From NCBI GenBank assembly GCA_043228905.1, contig JBHGNT010000004.1:16926001-16990000 (forward strand): 64,000 bases of DNA. Direction: 5' to 3'. Shown here piece after piece: positions 33,215 to 44,700 of the stretch (its first letter is position 1; the number at the start of each line of letters is the position of its first letter). The stretch is from Azolla caroliniana. Lineage: Eukaryota > Plantae > Polypodiophyta. The notes under the pieces were generated by a model. That model was not told the origin of the DNA. It did no database searches and was given only the letters and a program-made list of their open reading frames with translations. Made by a program: the position numbers and the translations under genes.

Positions 33215-36200
33215 TGTTGAGAGATCAAGCTCAACTTAGTTTAGTTAGTTAGTCCACCATGTAACTTTGTAGTTACCTAGATAGAATCTAGTTAGAAGTG
33301 TTGACTATAACGACTTAAATAGGACCTTGTACTTAAGTAGGATATTCTAGATCCTCCACTCACTAGGTCATAATTTAATATAGGACTTACATGATTGTAC
33401 CTATATTCTTCTCACACTTGTGCACCTTTGCACATGAGATCTATATATACCTCATTGATGGTATTTTTGTATTTGATGATGATGATATGAGCGCCTTCTT
33501 TACTCTGGGTGTCCGCATGATAAGTACACCAAACTCACTATCTAGTGAGGGAGCCGATCCATCTTAATCATTGTCGTCGGGGTGGTCGACTTCATATTCG
33601 GGCATCTTACCTTTGCCTTTGTCCAAGTTCGTACTTGGTCGCAACGTGCTTGGGTCGCGTGGGGACTCTTGTGGCCCACTGGGCCTTGCCGTAATCGGAC
33701 TTTCTTCGAACATGTGTTCGAAGTGATCTCCATCTTCTACCTCTTGTTCGACGGATTCCGGGTCGTGCGAAGTCGGAGTCGAAGTTGTCTCTGGTGCATA
33801 CTAGGATGCGGATTCGTTGAAGACCACGTCTCGACTCACCCGAACCGCTTGGGTAGAAGGGTTGTAACACGTGTACGCCTTCTTCTCGGACGAGTATCCT
33901 ATGAGGATACATTCCTCCAACTTCGCGTCGGGTTTCTGTCGTTGTTCGTTCGGGATGCGTACATTCGCAATGCTTCCGAACACCTTGAGGTGCGACAGGA
34001 TCGGCTTCCTTCCAACGAGAAGCTCGTATGGAGTTAGCTCATGGACTCCATTGGTGGTGCACCGGTTCATGAGATAGACGGCCCGTGGATGTGGCCTCGG
34101 CCCAATAGAAGTTCGGCATGTGCTTCTCTTGCATCATGGCGCGTGCTACCTCGAGTATTTGCCAATTTTTCCTTTCAGAGACTCCATTTTGTTGGGGTGT
34201 GTGTTGGCACGAGAATTCTCTCCGAATGCCTTCACTTTGGAGGTAGGAGGTGAATTCATCGGAGAAGTACTCCTTTCCTCCATCCGATTGTAGGCATCGA
34301 ATGTGCTGACTGGTTTCTTTTTCAACTTGCCCCTTGAGCTTTTGGAAGTGGGAGAACACTTTGCTCTTCTTCTTCATCGAGTAGATCCACGTGTAGCGCG
34401 AGTAGTCGTCGATGAAGGTTACGTAGTATCGGCATCCGTCGATCGTCAGCGTTTGAGCCGGTCCCCATACATCCAAGTGTATGACATTGAGGAGGACTTT
34501 GCTTGCGAAGCTCTCCTTCGGGAATGGGAGTCGATGTTGTTTGCCGAGTTGACACGCTTCGCATACTCGGTCGACTCTTTTTGGCTCGAATGTCGGAAGT
34601 CCGATGACGACTCCCTTTGTTTGCATAGCTCGAAGCCGTTGGAGGTTTATGCGGCCGATTCTCTTGTGACACAACTCGATGCTTGTCTCGGTTTTGAGAC
34701 CTTTGGTGTACATTGCCGATTTCACCTCATTTGAATCGAGGATGAACATCTGACTGTCTCTCCGTCCCTTGGCTATGAGTCAACCATCTTTCTTGATGAA
34801 GCATCCTTCGTTGTTGAAGTGGACTTGCATGCCTTGCTCCACGATTTGGCCGACGGAGACCAAATTCTTCGTTATTGTGGGCACGTGCAAGACATTCTTG
34901 ATGCAAGTTTGTTCGCCTTCTTTCCCGAATGGGACATTGCTGATGTGCCGAATGGGATGCGTGGTGTTGTCTCCCATCTCTATGTAACCAGGTCGATCCG
35001 GTGTATGCAAGTCATTGAACCACTCTTTGTGGGATGTCATGTGATGTGAGGCGCCGGAATCGACGAACCACACGTCTTCCGAATTGGAGGTGCTTGCGAA
35101 GCTGGAGTCCATCATAGAGTTCGCTCTATGCCTCATTACGAACATTCCGCCATGGTCGCCGTAGTTAGAATTTGGGGCGTAATTTGTAAACATTTCACTA
35201 CGATCGTCGTAGTCGGAATTCGACGCGTGATTCGTGAACATTCTGCTACGGTTGTCGTGGTCGGAGTTCGATGCGTAGTTTGTGAGGTGTCGACTTGTTG
35301 AAGCCAACTCACTTCTCTTTTTTCGACACTCCGTCTCGTAGTGGCCGATTTTGCCGCAATAATTGCAAGTTGCGGGCCTCGTTTGCTGACCATGTTCGGC
35401 GTGGAAGCTCCCCCTTCTTCCGAAGGTTCCTCGATGGCTTCCGTGAAGGTTTGAGTTCCCTTCGCGTGATGGGTAGAATTGACCTCTTCTACTGCAGTGA
35501 CCTCCTCCTTAGCCATCTATCTCATGAACCGGTGCACCACTAATGGAGTCCATGAGCTAACTCCATACGAGCTCCTCGTCGGAAGGAAGCCGATCATGTT
35601 GCACCTCAAGGTGTTCGGAAGCATTGCAAATGTACGCATCCCGAACGAACAACGATAGAAGCCCGACATGAAGTCGGAGGAATGTATCCTCATAGGATAC
35701 TTGTCTGAGAAGAAGGCGTACAAGTGTTACAACCCTTCTACCCAAGCGGTTCGGGTAAGTCGAGACATAGTCTTCGACGAGTCCACATCCTGGTAGGCAC
35801 CAGAGACAACTTCAACTCCGACTCCGCTCGACCCGGAATCCGCCGAACAAGAGGTAGAAGATGGAGATCGCTTCAAACACATGTTCGAAGAAAGTCCGAT
35901 TACGGCAAGGCCTAGTGGGCCACAAGAGCCCCCATACGACCCAAGCACATTGTGACCAAGTACGAACTTGGACAAAGGCAAAGGTAAGATGCCCGAATAC
36001 GAAGTCGACCACCCCGACGACAATGATTCGGATGGATCGACTCCCTCACTAGATAGTGAGTTTGGTGTACCTATCATGCGGACACTCGGAGTAAAGAAAG
36101 CGCTCACATCGGCGAGCAAAAAACTTCAACGCTCATCTAGAGCTAAGAACCTTGTCACTCAGCACGGCTACAATGAGTACATGGCCCATCATTACGCCTT

Positions 36201-36877
36201 CACAATGAAGGTAGCGGCTGAACAAGAGCCCAAGAGCTCCACTGAAGCGGCTCATAACCCACGATGGGTGGAAGTAGTCGACCTTCACCCACACACTACA
36301 AGCCTTCGTCACCGGCTTGAGGGGGAGGAACCGAGATTGCTACGACGAAGAAAGCCGAAGGCCGGACGGAAGCACACAAAGCCGACAAAAGCCAAAGCGG
36401 ATGTCGGACACCTCACACTTGAGCTTGAGGGGGTGTGTTGAGAGATCAAGCTCAACTTAGTTTAGTTAGTTAGTCAACCATGTAACTTCGTAGTTACCTC
36501 GATAGAATCTAGTTAGAAGTGTTGACTATAACGACTTAAATAGGACCTTGTACTTAAGTAGGATATTCTAGATCCTCCACTCCCAAGGTCATTTAATATA
36601 GGACTTACACGATTGTACCTATATTCTCCTCACACATGTGCACCTTTGCACATGAGATCTATATATACCTCATCAATGGTATTTTTGTATTTGATGATGA
36701 TGATAATGCTAATCTAATATACTTACTCATCCCCCATCTTGTGTTGTATCTCTCTCTCTCTCTCTCTCTTCCTCTCTCACACATACACACACATATCACT
36801 TAATCTTCCGCTTATCAACTAATCACATAATTAGGTACTAGTTAATCCTTGCTTAATTACTTACCTAATTCTTAACA
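33215..36877 (+). mobile_element. Rearranged Copia: partial 5' LTR, inverted internal segment, RT deleted, full 3' LTR
   Basis: TSD GGTAT at 33210-33214 and 36878-36882. LTRs at 33215 to about 33487 (partial) and 36436-36877. PR/IN lie on the minus strand at about 33488-35516, and the IN tail on the plus strand from about 35512. It shares the GYNEYM(A/V)HHYA motif with the element at 1-3495. Confidence 0.9.
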
Positions 36878-37609
36878 GGTATAATGTATTGCTCCAATGC
36901 TCATTTTGTGATTGCCAAGACCCTACGAGTAAATGTAAGCATATACTCGGCATCACGATGATTATTGAGAGGCACATGCCACATCTATGTGGGTCGTTGC
37001 CTTTTATAGATCATGCAACCCATATGCGTAATGACCACTTCACAGAGACGAAAGTGGAGACAGAGGTAGAACCGGTCGAGGAGACAAACCCTATAACATC
37101 ACAAATGGAGGAATGGGAATTACAAACGACTAAGGGGGCTATTCAATGTCCTAGGCAAGGGTTACGATCCCTCGACCGTGCAACAATTTTGGCATGTATG
37201 GAGTCCATTGAAGAATCATGTCAAACGATGGTGTATCATGCAGGTGCACCGAAACCAACCAATGAAGAAGATCGTGGATCCGTAAGGTGTAAGCAAGCAA
37301 TTGGTGCAAAAAGGGGAGCACCAGTCAACATTTCACAAGATCTTATTGGCAGCTCCCCAAACACTTCCAAGGCACACACCGGAAAAATGCAAAGAGGCGC
37401 ACATCGAGCCAGGAGGCGATTGCCAATATGTGCGACAGACAAGATTTGATGATTGCATTGCGATGCCTTGACCTTTAGATCAAGGGACTCAAATGTTGAT
37501 TGTTGCAAGAATTATGGTCGCATCTTGCCATCATCTCTGGATGAGCCATAAACATAGCTTGAGTGGTTTTGCGGACTAGTGCATTTGGGTTTACAATGCT
37601 TAAAGTGGA

Positions 37610-38250
37610 TTTATGTTGATTTATGAGTGCATTTAGGATATGTCATATGTTGATTTATGTTTTAAGTTTCTTGTTTCAAGTATGTCATATGTTGATTTAT
37701 GTTTTAAGTTTCTTATTTCAAGTATGTCATATTTTGATTTGGTTTTACGATGTTTAAAGTGGATTTATGTTCAAAGGATGTCATCTGTTGATTTATTTTT
37801 CCAGTATGTCATATGCTGATTTATGTTTTAAGTTTTATGTTTCAAATATGTCGTATGTAGATTTATGTTTCAAGTATGTTATAAGTTGATCTCTGTTTTA
37901 AGTTTTATGTTTTTTAACTTTTAACTTTTATGTTTTAATATGATTATTTGTTTTAACATAAGTATGGTAAAGATCGTCGATTTTGAATAATTTAAGGTTG
38001 GATTTTGTGACAGTTTGATATGTTATTGTAAGTTTTAAGGGTAATGAACAAGCTTATTTGAAGATTTTGGTCGAAATGATACATTTGGTTGGGCGACCAA
38101 TCGGTTGGGCAACCTGCAAATGTCAGGGTTGGGTGACCTAAAACGGTTGGGCGACTTGCAATAGTCAGAGTTGGGCGACCAACGACTCAGAGTTGGGCGA
38201 CCTCTGACAAGGTTGGGCGACCATCGGCTCAGAGTTGGACCTCTGACAAC
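37610..38250. repeat. MULE right subterminal repeats
   Basis: Tandem TATGTCATATGTTGATTTATGTTTTAAG-like units at about 37610-37940 and about seven GGTTGGGCGACC-like motifs at about 38085-38225. Confidence 0.78.
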
Positions 38251-38382
38251 TTCTTTCTTTTTTTTTTCCCTCTTGCCAGCCCTCTTTATGATTTGATGCA
38301 GAATAGACACGAGCCCCACACGCAGACAGCTTGTGCAGGCCCGATCTACAAAAGTCTAAAAGATCGCTCCCTTTCTCTCACG

Positions 38383-38390
<8 letters not shown>

Positions 38391-38428
<38 letters not shown>
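38391..38428 (+). repeat. (CA)n microsatellite preceded by (CG)n, upstream of the PLAC8 ATG
   Basis: Seen directly in the sequence. Confidence 0.95.
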
Positions 38429-38429
<1 letters not shown>

Positions 38430-38452
38430 CGGCAGATATTTCTGTTGTGGCG

Positions 38453-39307
38453 ATGGCGAATCCTCAACCCTCTGCACCTCCGCTCCCGTTGCAGGAATCA
38501 CTTCTCGGAGAAGATAAGAAGAAGAAGAAGAGCAAAGGTGAGTTCTCTGGTTCAGATCTTCATCATCATGAGGGATACAATACAGGTCAGCAGCTGATAC
38601 TTGGCCATGCCGACCATCTTCAGCATCATTATCATGATAATGATGTGACATACCCGGATCATCCACATCCACATCCTCATCAGTATCCAGTTCTAGGGCA
38701 ACCAAACCCAAGTCCTGCCATCGTCTTCGGCTTCCCGGCACCCCCGCCTCATCTTTGGCCAGTGCCGCCTCAGAACCCAGCACCTCAACCTCAATCATCT
38801 CCACCTCAGCCCCCACCTCGGCACCCGTTGCCACACCGTCCGCCATCCCGTTGGAGCACAGGTCTCTGCAGTTGTTGTGCTGATCCTGAAGTTTGCCTAA
38901 TTGGGTGCTGCTGCCCTTGCGTCTTGTTTGGACGTATTGTGTCATCGCTCGATGATGCCCCTGGTTATGCTGTCAATGATCCTAGAGTCAATGTCTCTCA
39001 TGGCATTGATGATGGTCCTGACAGTCATCATGGCAGCCTGGCATCATGTGCTCCAGCATGCATTATTTGGTATGTTTTGCAACAATTCACTGCCATGGGG
39101 TGGATATATTCGTGTGGTTATCGTGCGAAGCTCCAAACTAGGTATGGGATTACCCCTCACCATGGATTGAATTGCATCGTTCACTTTTGTTGTTGGCATT
39201 GTGCATTTTGCCAAGAATATAGAGAGATCAAGACAAGAAATCGCAGAGAGAGGCAAAGGTCCCCGGCCATGGTGACTCCACCTCCTACACAAGTAATGCA
39301 TTTCTAA
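38453..39307 (+). CDS. PLAC8-family cysteine-rich protein (PCR/CNR/FW2.2-like), 284 aa, single exon, His/Pro-rich N-terminus
   Basis: WSTGLCSCCADPEVCLIGCCCPCVLFGRI, YSCGYRAKLQTRYGI and HFCCWHCAFCQEYREIK are PLAC8 signatures. The ATG at 38453 is in a good context (GCGATGG). Confidence 0.92.
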   Translation: MANPQPSAPPLPLQESLLGEDKKKKKSKGEFSGSDLHHHEGYNTGQQLILGHADHLQHHYHDNDVTYPDHPHPHPHQYPVLGQPNPSPAIVFGFPAPPPHLWPVPPQNPAPQPQSSPPQPPPRHPLPHRPPSRWSTGLCSCCADPEVCLIGCCCPCVLFGRIVSSLDDAPGYAVNDPRVNVSHGIDDGPDSHHGSLASCAPACIIWYVLQQFTAMGWIYSCGYRAKLQTRYGITPHHGLNCIVHFCCWHCAFCQEYREIKTRNRRERQRSPAMVTPPPTQVMHF

Positions 39308-41778
39308 GAAATCAATGGCCAAGTTTTATGCATTTTATGTTGAAGACATGACCAATTTTAATGCGTTTATGAGAGAAAAGCAAGGCCAAGTTTGAGGCAA
39401 TTGTGAGTGAAGACAAGGCCAAGTTTATACATGATTGTGAAGAAAAACAGTGTCATGTTTTATAATGCAAACAAGGGATGCTATCTATCTATGGCTGGGA
39501 TTGTATTCAGAATACAATTTTTGGCCTTATTTGTAAGTTCTCTTTATATATCGGTTGATGCTTTTATGAGAAAAATGACCATGTTTTATACTAGTGAAAT
39601 GAATGACAATGTGTATTACTATATATTGTGGCTTGGCTTGGCTTGATTTCATCAAACAAGCGATGTCCCAAACGATAAGGTATATAGCGTGATGATTGGA
39701 TCACTTCTATTGATGTTTCAAATGCATCCACAATTTATTTATGTAGAATGCATGTTTAGAGTCATGTACCAAATGGTAAGGTATATCTTAAAGATTGGGC
39801 CATTTATATTTATGTTTCAAATGCATCCAAAGATTATATGTGGAATGCATGTTTAGAGTCATTCCTAGGTTTTCTACCTTTTTATTATTTGAAAATATTA
39901 TATGAAAGTGAACCACACGAATGAACGCTCGTTTGCACCTTGTTTAAATCACATTTAGATGGCGAGATGGCATTCATAATATGATGACTTTGCTTCGATG
40001 CATACAATGCTTGCCATATGTATGCTTCATATGCATTGTGTAATCCACCATTTCAGTGCGCTTTTCCAAAGCAATCACCCTAGCACATGGCAACTTAGTT
40101 AAGTGTGTGATCATATTAGAAGCATACTCTTCTAGATGCATCTGGTATTGTCACAAAAATTAGGCCTCTATTAGTGTTAAACTACTAAATTTAACAAAAG
40201 AGCTCTCACTTATGTGGAATCCTTACATTAGCATTCATTTCAAATGTTATTGACCTTTTTATCATGTCGAATTTGGGGAAATCAATTGATCACATGGTAT
40301 TATGCATTTTGCTAGCATTCATCTCATTTTTAATGTCTATAACAAAAAAAATTATTTGTAGTTAGATGTGGTTTCAATTGTTTCTTGTATTGATGTTTCT
40401 TGCGACCTATGTATTGCATTAGCAATTGTTGCATATGTACATGAGAATAATGAATATAGCTCAAAAATCTCTTCTTGAGGGTGTGTTCCCTTGTAAGCCA
40501 TATACTTAAAGAATGCATAAATACAAGTTATGCTAATTTATGTACTTGATGGCGATGGCCATATGGAATGTGGCAATTGATATTTGTCTTCAATTGGCAT
40601 GCTAGTTAAACTATATCTTCCCTATCTCTATATGTATGTGATGTGGTATGTCACACTTCCAATATATGGTGCTATAAGCAGGTGTTTCCAAGCCTCTCTT
40701 GTCTCTCTCTATCAATATTGTATGTGTTTGCTAATACATTTCAAGTCTAGGATACGGTGCAATATGAGTAAATGTGATATATGCTTCCTTTATTTTATGA
40801 ATTTGAGAAGAATAATGATTTTGAAATGCTTCATATTGCCTCACCTTTGAATCTATATAAAGGACTAAATATATAATATGTCTAATTTGACATTATATAC
40901 ACATGTATATAGAAAGGGAACCAAAGAATGGCAAGTTAATTGTGAAAATATGGTAAAGATTCATTTCAATGGTCTTGGACATGTAATGGACATCCACGAC
41001 TAGAATCTTGTAGGTATGTTGGATGTCTAAATTAGGGTTGATTGCCATAAACATTGTGATCATAATATGGCACAAGGTTATGACTAAGGAAGGGACCATC
41101 AAGACATACTTACTACTACACTACACAAAGGTGGTAGAACCAAGTTGTGAGCAAGCCCATATATGGTCTGGAGTTCGTGATGATTGCCAACGAGGCGGAC
41201 AAAAGGAAGGAAGGGTGTTTGTTTGGAAAGAAAGTTCATAGCTTGTAAGAGAGAATCGAGGGGGGGGGGGGGGGGGGGCATGTGCAGGGAATAAAGAAAG
41301 CTTTGAGGATTGTTGGTTGGGGGGCAGGGAGCTTATTAAATTAAACTCTATCTTCTTCTTCTTCTTCTTCCTCTGATATGCTGCAGCTTCTTCTTCTTCT
41401 TCTTCTGTACTCAATATATGTATGTATACATATAACATACACTCTCATATCTTCTTTTGCTTCTACTGTTGACAAGTCTCCATACACACACACAGAGGCG
41501 CGGGCGCGGGCGCGCGCACGCACTCACAGAGTTTAAGTTTTGTGCTCGTCATCGCCATCTCCATAGTTTCCACCTCCATCCCTCCCCCGCTGCGTAAGCC
41601 TCTTCGTAACTGTCTTCTCTCATCTTCACTCTGTTGAAGATTTAGGGTTTCAGCTTCTACCTTTCCGAGAGAGGCCCTACATTCCTGTTTTCTCTTACGG
41701 TTATCTCAGTAGTAGTTGTAGTAGTAATAGTTGTAGTAGAAGAAGAAGAAGAAATCAGCTGCCTTTTTTACCCTGGCG

Positions 41779-44700
41779 ATGGGGACCGAGGTGATGTGGA
41801 ATCCACAGGAACAAGGGTTGAAAGAGATTTGCTCGCTTCTTCAAGAACACAGAACTCCGAGTTCTGATCAAGCTCGTATATTTCAGAAACTTCAGCAGTT
41901 CACTCTGCTTCCAGACTTCAATAATTACCTCGCCTTCATATTGTGCCATGGAGAGGTACCCCATGCCATTCTTCTTTAAATGATGAATACATATTTCTCC
42001 TTCTTTACAAGAAAAAGATGAAATCGTATACGCCATGGGATTGTGTTTAAGTGTAATAGAATCTTATCGCTTTACAAGAAAATACAAATTCTTATGTCAC
42101 AAAACTGCATTTTTTAATGTAAGCAAATATCATTTATGAGGGAAAGGTAGAGCTTATAGGCCAAGAAGCTTGTATTAGAATGCTGTTTGCCAGAAAAGAT
42201 GAACTCTACTGGCAATGAGATTGCATGTGGAATGTAATAATCAAAATATTCTTCTTTACAAAGAAAGAGGTGGAGTTTATATGTCACGAGGATTTCGTTT
42301 AAAATGTAAGCAAATCTTACTTCTTTACAAACAATGATAGGCCATGGCAGAGGGTTTGCATTTAGAATGCAAGCAACTTAAGACCATAGAATTTAGAAGA
42401 AGAAGAGATAATCTTATATGTCTCGTAATTGTGAGTTAATGCAAGAAAATTAAGGTGTACATGTTGATATCTTTATTTTTGCGAGAAAAAGATAAACCTT
42501 TTATGCCACAAAGATTGCATTTAGTATGTAAGAAAATTGCAATGTAGAGTTTACAAGAGCAAATAGAGCTTATATTTATTAGAAGCAGCAGCATCAGCCA
42601 GGCAGACTATGTCATATTAATCCTCTGCTACATCAGCCAGGCAGGTCGTGCCCTATCTTGTCCAAAAAATAGTTATTCATTTTTTCAATCAAATCAAGAA
42701 AGCTCCTTTAGGAAGTTGTGTAAATATCTTAGGTGTGGTGACATCTTTCTCCCACCATTAAGCTGGAAAGATCAGTTTGGATCAGTGAACTTAGACCTCT
42801 TCTCCTTCAGCCACTATTCATTTTAAGACCGCCGTTCCTTCTTATGGACCATATGTAATCAAGAGTTTTCTCTCCAATTGTATCTGTCTTGCACTCTTGA
42901 TCAATTATTCTGTTGTTGGTACTATCTTAACTTCTTTCAATTTTATGTTATGAGAGAACCCAAATTTAGTTTCCTTCCTGGTGTTCTCGTCAGCCCTTTC
43001 TAATATCCACTCCTGTCTTTATCCACTTTGTCTAGGGTCTCCTGCTGTCTTCAACTCTCCAGTCGTTTCAGATTTTGTCAAACTATCCTAAACAAGCTAT
43101 CTTATTAGGGATGTGAAAATAACTATTATACTCACAGTCAATGGAGTCTAGAATTGGCTCAACCAATGGCATGCTCATGGCTTAAGAAGGCACACTCTAG
43201 TGTGGAAATTGGAATGAGATCTTTGTAATATCAGTCCTCATAGTACAACACCATCTACAGTATAGCTCAGATGATGTGAAAAACATGGGACAACATCATG
43301 ACGCCTGGTTGAAAAATTGAGATTGAATGAATGGCCATGATGATGCTTTCTAAAATTCTGGAACAGTAATGATGGATACTGTCAATCACTAATCACTACT
43401 TGTTGACCTGTCCCTCCTACATGTCTCATGCAACTAAAGCTCATGATTCTTTTTGCATCAAAGTCTGAGCTCCTACCACTTGCTGGCACACCGATTATTG
43501 TAGGGCATTCAAAATGAAAAACAACTTAAAAGTATATCGAATGTCCCTGTTATGACAATCGAGGGCATGATAACTTTAGGTTCTTGAAGAAAATGAAGGT
43601 TGCTGAAGCTCGTTCCAGGGACCCTTGGTCGCGAACATGACATTATATGGAACATTCCTAGTTTCTACGGATCATACTCTACGTTTCTTATAAGATGGTG
43701 GTTGCATTGTGGAAACGGAGCTACTATATATATGCCATTCAGTTTCAGATAGATTTACCTCTTTCTTTGTTATGTCATTAGCATGTCACGCTTCATGATA
43801 GGTTGTTACCAGGGTTCAACACATTCCAATCTTTCATTCATCTAAGGATATCAAGATACAATTTGCCTAGGTTCCATATTCTATATGCTAAGGTGCACAA
43901 ATTACTTTTGGTGGCACTGTTATGAATTGTGGCACGGAGAATGGTATTTTCTACAGACTAACAACATTACTGCCAGAAATCGTTCTGTTCTATCAACTAA
44001 AGTACACGCAAGATATTATACAACAATTTCACATGACTAATTGTCGTATGATCTTCACTCCATTGACCCTGGAATGTCTGTTGTTGACAAGTTAACTGCG
44101 TAGTTTAGCATTATTGTGATGTGGTGTGTGTGAAGGAAGGAAACCACAAAAAGGTCAAGTTTTACAAAACCTTGAGATTCTGGTCGATATAACCATCAGA
44201 AGAAGAAGACTACTACAAGGGATAGCTCAAATGCTAAGAGCTAGTCATTGCCAACAGAAGGGTCAAGGGTTTCCAACCCACTGACAATTGGATAGGAAGC
44301 TCAAGTCCTCACATCAGCTAAAGATTGGCATAGGCAGATATGCATGCAAATCCTAAGGAAGAATGGATTTGGCGATTGTGGAGTCGGGGCACAGAATCAG
44401 AGTAGAGCTATGTTTGTCATTGTGCTGGTTCTGATGAAATAAAAGGGAGAGAGCATGACCTCTTCAAACAAGGCTTTGGCTCACTATGCAAGGTAATGTT
44501 GTATGAAGGCAATGATACGTGGGACTATGCTTGCTAGAACTCGAGAGATATAGAAGTTGTTGGGCAACAATTCAACAACATCATCACCAAAAGAATTAAA
44601 ACAACTTTCTTTAGCTCTATAACTCGTTCCCATGCTACAAGTCAATCAAGAGCTTCACAAGTAGGGACTGAACCACAACACTTGAAAGGGCTACAATAGA

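Larger units (their letters stand above)
9764..37449 (+). pseudogene. MULE transposase (FAR1/WRKY-like Zn finger, DDE domain, SWIM finger) in four pieces: about 9764-10377, 26382-26822, 32187-33214 and 36883-37449
   Basis: YNCHRYG...YP|CTRRRKHSSRCRCTFHV...HTCH joins in frame across the 10378-26377 insertion. WAIDSMFKTNQFGLPLY, IVIDKS, QFHAKKAW and TTNLIERHWQFIK are MULE-like. CDCQDPTSKCKH is a SWIM CxC...CxH motif. Confidence 0.8.
3496..38272 (+). mobile_element. Mutator-like (MULE) DNA transposon hosting nested LTR insertions; left terminus probably outside the window
   Basis: Transposase fragments rejoin across the TSDs. GGTCGCCCAACC-type motifs at about 9430-9665 are mirrored by GGTTGGGCGACC motifs at about 38085-38225. 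The right end reads GAGGGAAAAAAAAAA on the minus strand, resembling a Mutator terminus. Confidence 0.72.

Noticed and set aside
38085-38250. Short repeats with variable spacers resembling a CRISPR array
   Set aside because: The repeats are only about 12 bp with irregular spacing, there are no cas genes, the context is eukaryotic, and they mirror the motifs at 9430-9665 as transposon subterminal repeats.
38346-38945. 199-aa minus-strand ORF
   Set aside because: It is antisense to the PLAC8 gene and runs through the (CA)n microsatellite.
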